Below, piece by piece: positions 27,747-38,194 of a stretch of DNA of 64,000 nt. The stretch spans positions 10,802 to 74,801 of the forward strand of contig NZ_CAJKVK010000001.1 of assembly GCF_905203285.1 (NCBI RefSeq), written 5' to 3'. The position numbers and the translations under genes are program-made. The number at the start of each line of letters is the position of its first letter. Positions within the stretch are counted from its first letter, which is position 1. This DNA is from an uncultured Succinatimonas sp. Its GTDB lineage: Bacteria; Pseudomonadota; Gammaproteobacteria; Enterobacterales; Succinivibrionaceae. Under the pieces are notes generated by a model that searched no databases, was not told the origin of the DNA, and saw nothing but the letters and a program-made list of their open reading frames with translations.

Positions 27747-30700
27747 TCAGTAACCGATGCTTACAGCACTGTTTCCGGCAATTTCTCTTAATGAATCCAA
27801 CAGATCGTCACTTGGGTCGTAACGATTGACGTTATTGGTAAACCGCAACAGAGTATTTCCGAGCATCAAGTTAAAAGAACAGCCTTGCCCTTCATTATCG
27901 GGATTTTCTCTTATTGAATAGCGCTGTGCAGTATTCATGCCGTTATTTTGTACGGCGATGACATTGTTTAGAAGTGCAGAGCTTAATTCATTAAAGTTTT
28001 TGGAAAGCTGCTCCTCGCTTAAGCGCAGAGTCAGGTTTTTAGCGTTTTTACGTCTGATGCTTTCAAGAGTTTTGAGTTCACGAACCCTAAGACGCGTAAG
28101 ATTATCCTCGGTAAGTGACAACATTCCGCTTACGATTAAAACCAATGGTGACGGAATGGTTTTTGACGGATCGGTTTCCTGCATTACTTTTTGTTTTTGC
28201 AGTTTTGCTCTTTCATACAAGATTGCTCCGTATTGTTCTGCTACGGATCCGTAAAGTGAAAATTCAATCTGAGAGGTACCGTCATCCAAGATCAGAATAT
28301 AGAATTTGCTGCCGTCGTTTTTAGACGTACGTTCGGTGCTTGAGATAACGACTCCGTAAAAGGTAACGGGATTGGGGCGCTGGGCTGTGCCTGGGCGCAG
28401 CGTGCTTATCGTGCTGCGGTAGTTGCGGGTTAGCTCATCAATATAAATATTTATAGGATGCCCTGACAGATAAAGCCCCAACACGTTCTTTTCAAGGTAG
28501 AGACGGTATTTTTCCGACCAAGGACGGCATGCAACAAAAGTTGGTGCTGTGGTTTCACTTATTGCGGCAAACAGATCAAGCTGCCCGGATGCTGCATCCG
28601 TGCTTTCCTGTACGGCATATTTCATAGCTGTCGGGATGGAAGCCATCATTTGTGCGCGGGATGGACCTAATTTATCAAGGGCCCCGCTTGCAACTAAAGC
28701 TTCAAAGGTTCTGCGGTTTAAATGATTAGGTCCGATGCGCTTTATAAAATCAAAGAAGTCTTTAAACGGCTCTTTGGCTCTTTCTTTAACGATGTCTTCT
28801 ACAACATCTTCGCCGATGCCTTTGACTGCACCGATACCGTAAATAATTTCTTCTGCGTCATTTACCGTAAAGTTAAATAACCCTTCGGTTACATCAGGCG
28901 GATTAACTTTAATTTTGAGGCGATTGCATTCTGCGATATATGACACCAGTTTTTCGGTTCTCTGGCGGTCAGCCGTCATCATGGCGGCCAGGAATTCGGC
29001 GGGATAATGGGTTTTAAGCCATAAGGTCCACCATGCAACCAGGGCATAAGCAGCCGAGTGGGACTTGTTAAAACCGTATTCGGCAAACTTTTCCACCTGA
29101 TCGAAGATTTTCATTGCGATATCGGTATCTTTGCCTTTTTTAGCGGCACCTTCTTTAAAGACGCTGCGCTGCCCTGCCATTTCGGCTGGGGTTTTCTTAC
29201 CCATGGCACGGCGCAGAATGTCAGCGCCGCCCAGGGAGTAACCCGCAAGAACCTGGGCAATCTGCATTACCTGCTCTTGGTAAACGATAACTCCGTAAGT
29301 TGAGTCAAGAATCGGTTTTAGGTCAAGATCCTGAAAGTCAGGGGACGGATAGGCAACTTCTTCTTTACCGTGTTTACGCTGTACAAAGTGATCGACCATG
29401 CCGCTTTTGATAGGACCGGGTCGATAGAGAGCTACAAGAGCGATTAAGTCGTCAAAACGGTCAGGCTGCATTTGGCCTATAAGCTTACGCATACCGGCAG
29501 ATTCAAGCTGGAAGACAGCCGTGGTTTCACATTGTTGCAGCACGGCAAAGGATTCAGGATCTTCATACGGTACGGCATGGATATTGACAGGCGGTTCATG
29601 ATGCTTTGCCTTTCTGGCATTAATCATGGTAAGGGCATCGTCAATGATGGTAAGCGTGGTAAGACCTAAAAAGTCGAATTTTACTAAGCCTGCGTGTTCA
29701 ACGTCCTTTTTGTCAAATTGGGTAATTGAGTTGCCGTCAGAATCAAGCATCAGAGGCGAGAATTCCGCGGTTCGGGTAGGGGAAATGACTACGCCCGCCG
29801 CATGCTTGCCGATATTGCGGATAACGCCTTCAAGGCGCAGCGCGATATGGATAAGCTCAACGCGCTGCCTGTCATCATCTTGTAATGCTTTTTGGTAAAG
29901 ATTTACAAAATCCGGAGCTAAAGGATCGCATGGTTTGCCGTCTTTGCCGATGCCCATGGCCGCTTTAAAGGTAAGTCCGGGCTGCGTTGGCAGCTGTTTT
30001 GCGACAAAGTCAACGGCACCGTAGCCCATGCCCAGGGCACGGCCGGCATCTTTAATGGCGGCTTTTGGAGCCATGGTACCGAAAGTGGCGATTTGGGATA
30101 CTGCGTTATTACCGTAGCGCTTTTTAACGTGTTCAAGCGTTTTTTCACGGTTTCTCTGGCAGAAGTCGACGTCAAAGTCCGGCATTGAAACACGCTCTGG
30201 GTTTAAGAATCGCTCAAAGAGTAAGTCAAAGCGCAAAGGATCAAAATCGGTGATTTTAAGCGAGTAGGCAACAAGCGAACCGCCGCCTGAGCCGCGGCCG
30301 GGGCCTACCGGTACGCCGTGCTCTTTGGACCATTGGATAAATTCCATAACGATGAGGAAGTATCCGGGGAAGTCCATGTTGATGATAACGTCAAGCTCGG
30401 TATTTAATCTGTCTACATAGGTCTGACGTTTTTCGTTTCTCTCTTTTTCGTCCGGGTAAAGGAATTCAAGTCGCTCTTCAAGCCCTTCTGCCGCTTTTTT
30501 TCTTAAATAGTCGGCGGGGGATAAATCACCTGTCGGGTAACGGGGTAGTCGCGGGTGGTCAAGTTCAATTTCGATATTGCAGCGCTCGGCAATGTTTCTC
30601 GTGTTCTGTAAAGCTTCAGGAATATCGGCAAATAGTGCTTCCATTTGCTCGGGAGTTTTTAAATACTGTTCTTTTGAGTATTTGCGCGCCATTTCTTTAT

Positions 30701-31415
30701 TGCCGCGCTGACAGCCGGCCTGAATCGAGACGCGGACGTCATGAATTTGATAGTCGGAAAAGCCGTCTTTTCCGACGTTGTCTTCACCGAAAAGAAAAAC
30801 CGTGTCGTTGGTCGCAACAGGGGCAATATTGTATTCAACGCATAAATTTAAGGCAAAGTTTTCAAATTCGCTTTCACCGATACGGTTGGTGCGGGTGATT
30901 TCAAAACAGAAGCGATCGTTAAAATTTTCCAAATAGAATTTAAGTCTGGATCTTATTGCCTTGGAGTCCTTTCTTTGCGCCATAGCGGCGATATCGCCGC
31001 GAAATCCGTCAAGAATAATGATGCCTTCGCTGTATTTTTTTAAGTCGGCAAGTGAGGTTTTAGCGTTAAAGGCTCCGGCATCTGAGCGCAGCCATGCTTC
31101 GGATAAAATGTCATAAAGGTTTTGCTGACCGACGCGATCCATGGCAAGGAGAGTCAATTTAAAGGATGTAGCCTTTTCTCCGGGCTTAACCTCTTCTTCA
31201 ACTTCTATATCAGCTCCCATGATGGGCTTGATGCCGGCACTTTTACAGGCGGTATAAAATTTGATGAAACCGCAGATGTTGGAAATATCGGTGATTGCAA
31301 GAGCCGGGATCTTAAGCGCGGCGGCACGTTTTCCGATGGCGCCGACGCTTTCAAGACCGTCCATAATCGAGTAGTCGGAATGTACGTGAAGCGGAATATA
31401 AGTAATGTTGGGCAT
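27747..31415 (-). CDS. dnaE: DNA polymerase III alpha subunit
   Basis: 1222 aa. N-terminal PHP domain (LHVHSDYSIMDGL), polymerase core, OB-fold C-terminus. Confidence 0.95.
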   Translation of the reverse strand: MPNITYIPLHVHSDYSIMDGLESVGAIGKRAAALKIPALAITDISNICGFIKFYTACKSAGIKPIMGADIEVEEEVKPGEKATSFKLTLLAMDRVGQQNLYDILSEAWLRSDAGAFNAKTSLADLKKYSEGIIILDGFRGDIAAMAQRKDSKAIRSRLKFYLENFNDRFCFEITRTNRIGESEFENFALNLCVEYNIAPVATNDTVFLFGEDNVGKDGFSDYQIHDVRVSIQAGCQRGNKEMARKYSKEQYLKTPEQMEALFADIPEALQNTRNIAERCNIEIELDHPRLPRYPTGDLSPADYLRKKAAEGLEERLEFLYPDEKERNEKRQTYVDRLNTELDVIINMDFPGYFLIVMEFIQWSKEHGVPVGPGRGSGGGSLVAYSLKITDFDPLRFDLLFERFLNPERVSMPDFDVDFCQRNREKTLEHVKKRYGNNAVSQIATFGTMAPKAAIKDAGRALGMGYGAVDFVAKQLPTQPGLTFKAAMGIGKDGKPCDPLAPDFVNLYQKALQDDDRQRVELIHIALRLEGVIRNIGKHAAGVVISPTRTAEFSPLMLDSDGNSITQFDKKDVEHAGLVKFDFLGLTTLTIIDDALTMINARKAKHHEPPVNIHAVPYEDPESFAVLQQCETTAVFQLESAGMRKLIGQMQPDRFDDLIALVALYRPGPIKSGMVDHFVQRKHGKEEVAYPSPDFQDLDLKPILDSTYGVIVYQEQVMQIAQVLAGYSLGGADILRRAMGKKTPAEMAGQRSVFKEGAAKKGKDTDIAMKIFDQVEKFAEYGFNKSHSAAYALVAWWTLWLKTHYPAEFLAAMMTADRQRTEKLVSYIAECNRLKIKVNPPDVTEGLFNFTVNDAEEIIYGIGAVKGIGEDVVEDIVKERAKEPFKDFFDFIKRIGPNHLNRRTFEALVASGALDKLGPSRAQMMASIPTAMKYAVQESTDAASGQLDLFAAISETTAPTFVACRPWSEKYRLYLEKNVLGLYLSGHPINIYIDELTRNYRSTISTLRPGTAQRPNPVTFYGVVISSTERTSKNDGSKFYILILDDGTSQIEFSLYGSVAEQYGAILYERAKLQKQKVMQETDPSKTIPSPLVLIVSGMLSLTEDNLTRLRVRELKTLESIRRKNAKNLTLRLSEEQLSKNFNELSSALLNNVIAVQNNGMNTAQRYSIRENPDNEGQGCSFNLMLGNTLLRFTNNVNRYDPSDDLLDSLREIAGNSAVSIGY

Positions 31416-31508
31416 ACTATCCTTTATTTATATGTTTTTTATTGTTTTATTAAGTAAAAAGAGTGATTTGTGTTATTTGATTCTTTAAAGCATAGTCATA
31501 TTACAACA

Positions 31509-32873
31509 CTATTTAACTTTTTGATGCGAAATTAATCCTGATAAACAAAAAGCAAAACCGATAATTGCTATACACGCGGAAATCATGAAAGAAAAAGAAA
31601 TAGCGTCGCTTAATTCACTGATATAGAGCTTAGTGTCATGAGGAGCGTCGATGTAGCTGTTTAATATTGTGGTAAGAATTGCCATACAGCAGGCCATTCC
31701 TACGGTTCTAGTAATAGCCTGCAGTGCGGACGCTAAAGCAAGCTGTTCGCGCCTTACCGAGCTCATGACTATAGTCGTGTTAGGCGCTGAAAATAAGCCG
31801 AAACCTACTCCGGCGATAATTTGGCAAATTACCATGTAGAAAAGGGAACTTTCAGGATGCAGAAAATGCAGAAGAGTTAATGCCGTAAAAATGAGTGCCA
31901 TTCCAACACTTTCTGAGATATGTGCATTCATATATTTGGCAATTTTGCCGGCGCATGATGACAAAACCATCATGATGGCTGGTTGAATTACCAGAAACAC
32001 TCCGGTGTGGGATGCGGAAAATCCCAGAATAAACTGCATGTGAAGGGCAAGCAGCAGGCTGATACTGAAATTTGACATATAGTTAAAGGCAGAAGCGCCC
32101 AGCGCCAGCGTCAAAGTTCTGTTTCCCATAACGAGCTTGATCGGAAACACGGGATGTTTTGATTTGTTTTCAAAGAAAAGATAAATACTTAAAAAAGTGA
32201 AGCCGCAGATGACAAGAATTAAGGCGGTTATATGAGACGAGGCAATGGAAAAAGACAGCAAAATTAAAGCGATGCCCAAAAAACATAAGCTCATTTTCGG
32301 CAAGTTGAAATGATGAGTGTTAGGTTCATCTTTTGAAATTTTTTTAACTAATACTCCTGCAGCAAATAATCCTATGACCGTGACGAAGAAAATTGATCTC
32401 CAGCCCAAAGAGTCGGCAATTACCCCTGCAATAAGCGGAGATAAGGAAAGTCCGGCGTAAACGGCCCCGACCACGAGGCCTATGGCGGTTGCGCGTTTTT
32501 CTTTGTCTATTTTGTCAACAAGTAAAGCCATGGAGCTGCAAAAGACCAACGAAAGGCAAATTCCCTGCATGACTCGTGCACATAGAAGCACGCTGAAAGT
32601 CGGGCTTAAAGGTACGGCAAAAGTTGCGGCGGAGGCTAAAAGACAGCCTGAAAAATAAAGATTGCGGTAGCCGAAGAAGTTGGCAAGAGCGGTAGCGGGC
32701 AGCAAAAATGACGCTGTTGCAATCATATAGACGTTAATTACCCATGTGATGTTTTCAGGAGCGGTGGCATATTCTAAAGAAAGAGCAGGAACGGCTATAT
32801 TAAGTGAATTGCCCATGAAGGGACAAAAGAATTGAATTAGACAGACGCTTAAGATTAGTAGTCTTTGCTGCAT
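31509..32873 (-). CDS. MFS transporter (DHA2-like, about 14 TM segments)
   Basis: 454-aa polytopic protein with MFS motifs. Substrate unknown. Confidence 0.75.
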   Translation of the reverse strand: MQQRLLILSVCLIQFFCPFMGNSLNIAVPALSLEYATAPENITWVINVYMIATASFLLPATALANFFGYRNLYFSGCLLASAATFAVPLSPTFSVLLCARVMQGICLSLVFCSSMALLVDKIDKEKRATAIGLVVGAVYAGLSLSPLIAGVIADSLGWRSIFFVTVIGLFAAGVLVKKISKDEPNTHHFNLPKMSLCFLGIALILLSFSIASSHITALILVICGFTFLSIYLFFENKSKHPVFPIKLVMGNRTLTLALGASAFNYMSNFSISLLLALHMQFILGFSASHTGVFLVIQPAIMMVLSSCAGKIAKYMNAHISESVGMALIFTALTLLHFLHPESSLFYMVICQIIAGVGFGLFSAPNTTIVMSSVRREQLALASALQAITRTVGMACCMAILTTILNSYIDAPHDTKLYISELSDAISFSFMISACIAIIGFAFCLSGLISHQKVK

Positions 32874-33014
32874 TTATCGGCTCCGAGTTTTTCCTCGGTA
32901 ATTATGCCCCTCTTTTTTGTCGTCTGCATATTAAAAGGCAAGATTTTGCAGGTAAAAAAGAAACCTCCTAAAAGGAAGTTTCTTTAGTTCCGGAGTCAAT
33001 ATGTAAATGAAAAG

Positions 33015-33926
33015 CTATTTGATAAGGCCCATGTTTGTCAGTTTTTCTTTTAAAAGTTCCTTCTTTTCCTCAGGTAAAGGTAAAGACGGAGGCAACACTA
33101 CGGTGCTGATGTCCTTTAAAGCGCAAAGCTTGGTTGCTTCCTTGACGACGTTGACAAAAGGATTATCAAGCGCATACAGATCGGGCATCTTCATTAAAGT
33201 GGCAAAAGTCTTGCAGGCATTTGCCATATCGCCTTCTTTAAAATATTTATAGGTGGCAACCGAGTAATAAGGGGCAAAATTACCGCTTGCCGAAATCATG
33301 CCGGCGCCTCCTGCCATGAGATTGGTCAGGAAATGATTGTCAAAACCGTTGAATACGGCAAAGTCGGGATTAACCGCACAGACGGTATTAATCATGGATG
33401 TGATGTGTCCGATGCTGTCAATGGTTTCTTTAATTCCGACGACATTTGGGTTATTAATTACTACTTCTTTAACGAATTCAGGATCAAGATCTTGTCCGGT
33501 AAGGCCCGGGAAGTTGTATAAAATAAGCGGAAGTGGTGCTACGCTTTTTGCTATTTGGGAAAAATAATTTAAAAGCTTTTCACGAGTTACTTTCCAGTAA
33601 TAAGGGTTAATCGCGACGACGCCGTCGGCTCCGCATTCTTTGGCGTGAACGGCAAGATCGACAGCTTCGCGCATGTTGGTTGATCCGACGCCGATAAGTA
33701 CTTTGACACGTTTGTTGACGTACGGTACGGCAAATTCAGCTACTTCCTTTCTTTCTTCGGCGGACATTTGGGAAAATTCTCCGCCTGTGCCTAAAAAGAA
33801 TATGCCGTCTACGCCGTTCTCAATTAAAAAATCGATTTGTTTTTTATAGCTTTCTTTATCAATTTTAAAATCAGGGGTAAAGAAAGAAGAAATTGGCGGA
33901 AATATGCCTTCAAAAACGCGTGCCAT
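33015..33926 (-). CDS. DapA/NanA-family class I aldolase (dihydrodipicolinate synthase family protein)
   Basis: Motifs GTGGEF, YNFPGLTG and GIKET (Schiff-base Lys) are collinear with E. coli DapA (GTTGES, YNVPSRTG, GIKEA). The IclR/MFS context suggests a catabolic paralogue. Confidence 0.75.
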   Translation of the reverse strand: MARVFEGIFPPISSFFTPDFKIDKESYKKQIDFLIENGVDGIFFLGTGGEFSQMSAEERKEVAEFAVPYVNKRVKVLIGVGSTNMREAVDLAVHAKECGADGVVAINPYYWKVTREKLLNYFSQIAKSVAPLPLILYNFPGLTGQDLDPEFVKEVVINNPNVVGIKETIDSIGHITSMINTVCAVNPDFAVFNGFDNHFLTNLMAGGAGMISASGNFAPYYSVATYKYFKEGDMANACKTFATLMKMPDLYALDNPFVNVVKEATKLCALKDISTVVLPPSLPLPEEKKELLKEKLTNMGLIK

Positions 33927-34060
33927 AGTAACTCCTTATGTTAAATTTATTTCAATATGTGGAACTATAATTCTATATATTGAAACAGTCAATTAAAAAG
34001 TAAAAGAAGTTACGTCCCGATCACGCTTTAAATCGGGATTTAAAGCTAAATGATTAATAT

Positions 34061-34834
34061 TTAGTCGGAAGCTTTAAGACTAATCGCTGCGGCTGCTTCT
34101 TTAAGGTACTCGACAAATTTTTCCATCGGCATTTTGTCGTATTGCGCTAAAACGCCGGACATGCTGATAGCCGCAAGCAATTCGCCCTTGCGGTTTAATA
34201 TCGGAGCGGCGAGGCAGAAAATTCCTTTGGCGTCTTCTTCATCGTCTATGGCATAACCGCGGTCTTTAATTTCTTTTATTTGTTCAAATAAAATCTTGTC
34301 ATCGGTGATGGTGTTAGGCGTAAATTTCGGTAAAGGCTGCTGCAGGGCTATAAGTTCCTTGGCTTTTTGTTCGGTAGAAAAAGATAAAAATATTTTTCCT
34401 AACGCCGAGCTGTTAAACGAGAGCCTTTTGCCGATCCAACTGTTGATGATTACTGGATAAGAGCTTTCAATCTTGAGTAAATATACGGGATTGGTTCCTT
34501 CAAGGATCCCAAGATGACAGGTTAGATCCGTATCGTCTCTGAGTTTTTTTAAAACCGGCAGGGCAAATTCTTTAATATCAAAGTGCGCAAATGCATAACT
34601 GCCGATTTCATAAAGCCTAAGTCCAAGGTCAAACTTATCATGATCTTGGCGCAGCAGTTTATGCGCAAGCATACTGTTTAAAAGTGTCGACGTCGAGCTT
34701 TTGGGTAAAGCCAAATTTTGATAGATGGTACTGAACGTCTGCGGACCGTTATGGGCGATAAAATCAATGATAAGCATGATTTTATCAAGGGCTGGGGTTG
34801 CAGTTTTAACCGTCGTAGTACTCATATATTTCAA
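34061..34834 (-). CDS. IclR-family transcriptional regulator
   Basis: 257 aa. N-terminal winged HTH, C-terminal IclR effector domain. Confidence 0.8.
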   Translation of the reverse strand: MKYMSTTTVKTATPALDKIMLIIDFIAHNGPQTFSTIYQNLALPKSSTSTLLNSMLAHKLLRQDHDKFDLGLRLYEIGSYAFAHFDIKEFALPVLKKLRDDTDLTCHLGILEGTNPVYLLKIESSYPVIINSWIGKRLSFNSSALGKIFLSFSTEQKAKELIALQQPLPKFTPNTITDDKILFEQIKEIKDRGYAIDDEEDAKGIFCLAAPILNRKGELLAAISMSGVLAQYDKMPMEKFVEYLKEAAAAISLKASD

Positions 34835-34930
34835 CCTAATTTAAGACACTTATGGAATATATCTTACTCACTTGGCGTAAGAGAATCAAAGGAGTGAATT
34901 GATTCTCTTAGAGGATTTTGGAGTCGGAGC

Positions 34931-35860
34931 CTAATTTTCACCTACCTTGCGGCTGGTCAAATCAGGAGCGAAAGTCGGCGATAATTTTAGGGCAAGCTCT
35001 TTTACCGCGCTTATAGTACGATTATGTTCTTTTTCTTTTAAGTAACAAAGTGCAACGTTAAATCCCGTATCGGGTAAGGTTTTTAAAATGTTGACGTCGT
35101 TTTTAAACGGGGACAGGTCAAGAACGAGTTTAGGCACGACGGATACGCCAAAGCCCAAAGCGGTCATGCTTACAATTGATTCATGTCCGGCGATTTCTGC
35201 GTAGGTAATTGGCTTAATTTTTTGTTTTTTAAAGAATCGGTCGACTTCAGTCTTAAGCTGACCTTTTTCAGGCATGATAAATGGGACTTTATTTAAATTC
35301 GGGTTTTCGTTATTAAGATCAAGTGAACGGTAGGCCGGAGATTTCGGGGCTATTAGTACTAGAGGAAAAGATACTAAATGTACGTAATTTACGTTATCGG
35401 GAATATTGTCGGGTAGTGCTGAAATAACAAAATCGGTATCCGGATCTTGTAAATGATCTAAAGCCTCAGCGGCATCGCCGGTTTCAAGCCGTAGCTCAAG
35501 TTTCGGATAAGACAGCCTAAGTTCGCTTAAAAGACGCGGAATAAAAATATAGCTTGCAGTGACTGAGCAATAAATTTTGATGCTGCCGTCTATAGCTGAA
35601 CTTTCCTGTTTTAATTCCGCCTCAAGGGCTTTAAAGTCGGCAATAGCCTTGCTTGCATAATCGGCAAAGCGTTTCCCGGCCTTAGTTATTGTTATGCCCT
35701 TTTGATCTCTAACGCATAAAGTTGCACCTAAATCTTCTTCGAGTTTTGATACGGTGCGGCTAAGCGTTGAAGGACTTACCGAAGATAATGCGGCGGCTCG
35801 CGTAACGTTTTCCGTCTCGCACAGGCGCAGGAAAAAAGCTGCATCTTTTAAATCAATCAT
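34931..35860 (-). CDS. ilvY: LysR-family regulator, IlvY-like, divergent from ilvC
   Basis: HTH MIDLKDAAFFLRLCETENVTRAAALSSVSPSTLSRTVSKLEEDLG parallels E. coli IlvY. The divergent ilvY-ilvC arrangement is conserved. Start placed at the MIDLK Met. The ORF track extends 15 codons further. Confidence 0.8.
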   Translation of the reverse strand: MIDLKDAAFFLRLCETENVTRAAALSSVSPSTLSRTVSKLEEDLGATLCVRDQKGITITKAGKRFADYASKAIADFKALEAELKQESSAIDGSIKIYCSVTASYIFIPRLLSELRLSYPKLELRLETGDAAEALDHLQDPDTDFVISALPDNIPDNVNYVHLVSFPLVLIAPKSPAYRSLDLNNENPNLNKVPFIMPEKGQLKTEVDRFFKKQKIKPITYAEIAGHESIVSMTALGFGVSVVPKLVLDLSPFKNDVNILKTLPDTGFNVALCYLKEKEHNRTISAVKELALKLSPTFAPDLTSRKVGEN

Positions 35861-36011
35861 GATATTTTTTCGTAAAAAATTAGAAGTGCGTTGCATATTT
35901 TGCAATATACAACATTTTGTGTGTCATTTTCTAAAATATCTGCTATTATGTTCTCACGCTGTGATAACGGCCAAACAGAATTCCTTTTAAAGATATAGAA
36001 ATCGTGGAAGA

Positions 36012-37499
36012 TTGAAAATGGCAAATTACTTTAATACTTTAAATTTAAGACAGAAACTTGCCCAGCTTGGATGCTGTGAATTAATGGATAGAAGCGAATT
36101 TGCAGACGGCTGCAATTTCCTTAAAGGCAAAAAGTGCGTAATTATCGGTTGCGGAGCTCAGGGCTTGAATCAGGGCCTTAACATGCGCGATTCAGGTCTT
36201 GATGTCAGCTATGCTCTTCGTCCTGCCGCTATTGCAGAAAAACGTGCTTCTTTTAAGCGTGCTACCGAAAACGGCTTTAAGGTCGGTACTTATGAAGAAT
36301 TAATTCCGACTGCCGATTTGGTCATCAATTTGACTCCTGACAAGCAGCATTCCAATGTTGTTGAGTCCGTTATGCCTTTGATGAAGCCTGGTGCAGCTTT
36401 AGGTTATTCCCACGGCTTTAATATCGTTGAAGTCGGTCAGCAGATCCGTAAAGACATTACTGTTGTCATGATGGCTCCTAAGGCCCCCGGTACTGAGGTT
36501 CGTGAAGAGTATCGCCGCGGTTTCGGCGTCCCGACTTTGATTGCCGTTCATCCTGAAAACGATCCTAACGGTGAAGGCTGGGCAATTGCTAAGGCATGGG
36601 CCAGTGCAACCGGCGGTGATCGTGCAGGCGTTTTGCGCTCTTCCTTCGTTGCTGAAGTTAAGTCGGACCTCATGGGCGAGCAAACCATTTTGTGCGGTGT
36701 TTTGCAGGCAGCCTCAATTCTCTGCTTTGATCGCATGGTCGAGCTCGGTATGGACAAAGCTTATGCATGCAAGTTGATCCAATACGGTTGGGAAACCGTT
36801 TGTGAGGCATTAAAGCAGGGCGGCATCACCAACATGATGGATCGTTTGTCAAATCCTGCCAAGATCCGCGCATGCGAGCTTGCCGATGAGCTTAAGTGCA
36901 TCTTAAAAGATCTGTACTTAAAGCATATGGATGACATTGAAAGCGGTGAGTTCTCCCGTGTCTTGATGGAAGACTGGGCCAACGGTGACGTCAAGCTTTT
37001 GACCTGGCGTGAGAATTTTGCAAAATGCGGTTTTGAAAATGCTCCGCAGTGTGACACCAAGATCAGTGAGCAGGAATACTTTGACAAGTGCATTCTGTTG
37101 GTTGCCTTCGTTAAGGCCGGTATTGAGCTGTCCTTTGAAACCATGACTCATTCAGGTATTTACCCTGAGTCTGCTTACTATGAGTCATTGCATGAGTTGC
37201 CTTTGATTGCCAACTTGATTGCTCGTCGTCGTCTTTATGAGATGAATGTGGTTATTTCCGATACCGCCGAGTACGGTGATTACCTCTTTGCCAACGCTGC
37301 AATTCCTCTCTTAAAGGACTTTATGGCTAAGATTGATCTTGATGTTATGGGCAAAGGTCTTGATGGCGACAATGCTGTTGATAACATTGAGCTTATCCGT
37401 ATTAACGATAAGATCAGAAATCATCCGATTGAGGTCGTTGGACGCAAGCTTCGTGCTTACATGTCAGACATGAAGGAAATTGCCGTAGGCAACAATTAA
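36012..37499 (+). CDS. ilvC: ketol-acid reductoisomerase, class II
   Basis: 495 aa. Rossmann motif GCGAQG and enterobacterial-type long form. Confidence 0.95.
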   Translation: MKMANYFNTLNLRQKLAQLGCCELMDRSEFADGCNFLKGKKCVIIGCGAQGLNQGLNMRDSGLDVSYALRPAAIAEKRASFKRATENGFKVGTYEELIPTADLVINLTPDKQHSNVVESVMPLMKPGAALGYSHGFNIVEVGQQIRKDITVVMMAPKAPGTEVREEYRRGFGVPTLIAVHPENDPNGEGWAIAKAWASATGGDRAGVLRSSFVAEVKSDLMGEQTILCGVLQAASILCFDRMVELGMDKAYACKLIQYGWETVCEALKQGGITNMMDRLSNPAKIRACELADELKCILKDLYLKHMDDIESGEFSRVLMEDWANGDVKLLTWRENFAKCGFENAPQCDTKISEQEYFDKCILLVAFVKAGIELSFETMTHSGIYPESAYYESLHELPLIANLIARRRLYEMNVVISDTAEYGDYLFANAAIPLLKDFMAKIDLDVMGKGLDGDNAVDNIELIRINDKIRNHPIEVVGRKLRAYMSDMKEIAVGNN

Positions 37500-37520
37500 T
37501 CTTTTAAAGATTAAATAAAG

Positions 37521-37560
37521 AAAAACCTCCTAAGCTTCTTCATGCAAGGGAGGTTTTTTA
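37521..37560. terminator. bidirectional rho-independent terminator after ilvC
   Basis: Stem AAACCTCC/GGAGGTTT followed by TTTTTT. T-runs are present on both strands. Confidence 0.75.
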
Positions 37561-37575
37561 TAATTAGTCAGTGTT

Positions 37576-38187
37576 TTATGAAAATTGGTTTTTTATATAT
37601 TCTTCGAATTCTTTTTGGTTGAAGGTATAAACATCATTAAAGCAAAAATTTTTAAATGAAGACAACTTAAAGCATATAAGGTGTTCACTTTTTGTTGTTT
37701 TGGCAATGGATTTAGCTAAGTTAATGAAACTATTTGAGTATTCAACATTTGCCGGATCTGATAATCTTTTTTGTATTAATATAGGGTCTTTTGAGTTTAT
37801 ATTTGCCTTATCGTTGTATACTAATATATAGTCAATATATATGCGCGAAGCGGAAATATTTGCATTATCTTTTTGCAATATATCAAAAAGGATCAATAGG
37901 CTGTCATAGATCTTCTTTTTTAATTCTGCTTGTACTATCTTATTAATTTGTCCATTCTTAAATTCAATAAATAACCACTTTTTATTTTTGTTATTAAAAA
38001 CAAGGCAATCATTTGAAGAGGGCGGTTCTTTTAAATAAAGATTTTTTATATATTGTTCCTTGACTTTATCAAAATTTATAACTTCAATACAAGAATTGGT
38101 CATATATTCATTTTTGTTTTTATCGTGAGATGCATTTTTTAAACTGGTTAAGTTGCTTTTAAAAATATCTAAATTTCTATTAATCAT
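37576..38187 (-). CDS. hypothetical 203-aa protein, partner of the upstream ATPase (AT-rich island)
   Basis: ORF sits 7 nt downstream of the ATPase gene on the same strand. Lys/Asn/Ile-rich. I could not recognise any catalytic or HTH motif (no HNH, TOPRIM E/DxD or PD-(D/E)xK). Confidence 0.5.
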   Translation of the reverse strand: MINRNLDIFKSNLTSLKNASHDKNKNEYMTNSCIEVINFDKVKEQYIKNLYLKEPPSSNDCLVFNNKNKKWLFIEFKNGQINKIVQAELKKKIYDSLLILFDILQKDNANISASRIYIDYILVYNDKANINSKDPILIQKRLSDPANVEYSNSFINLAKSIAKTTKSEHLICFKLSSFKNFCFNDVYTFNQKEFEEYIKNQFS

Positions 38188-38194
38188 TTCGTTT

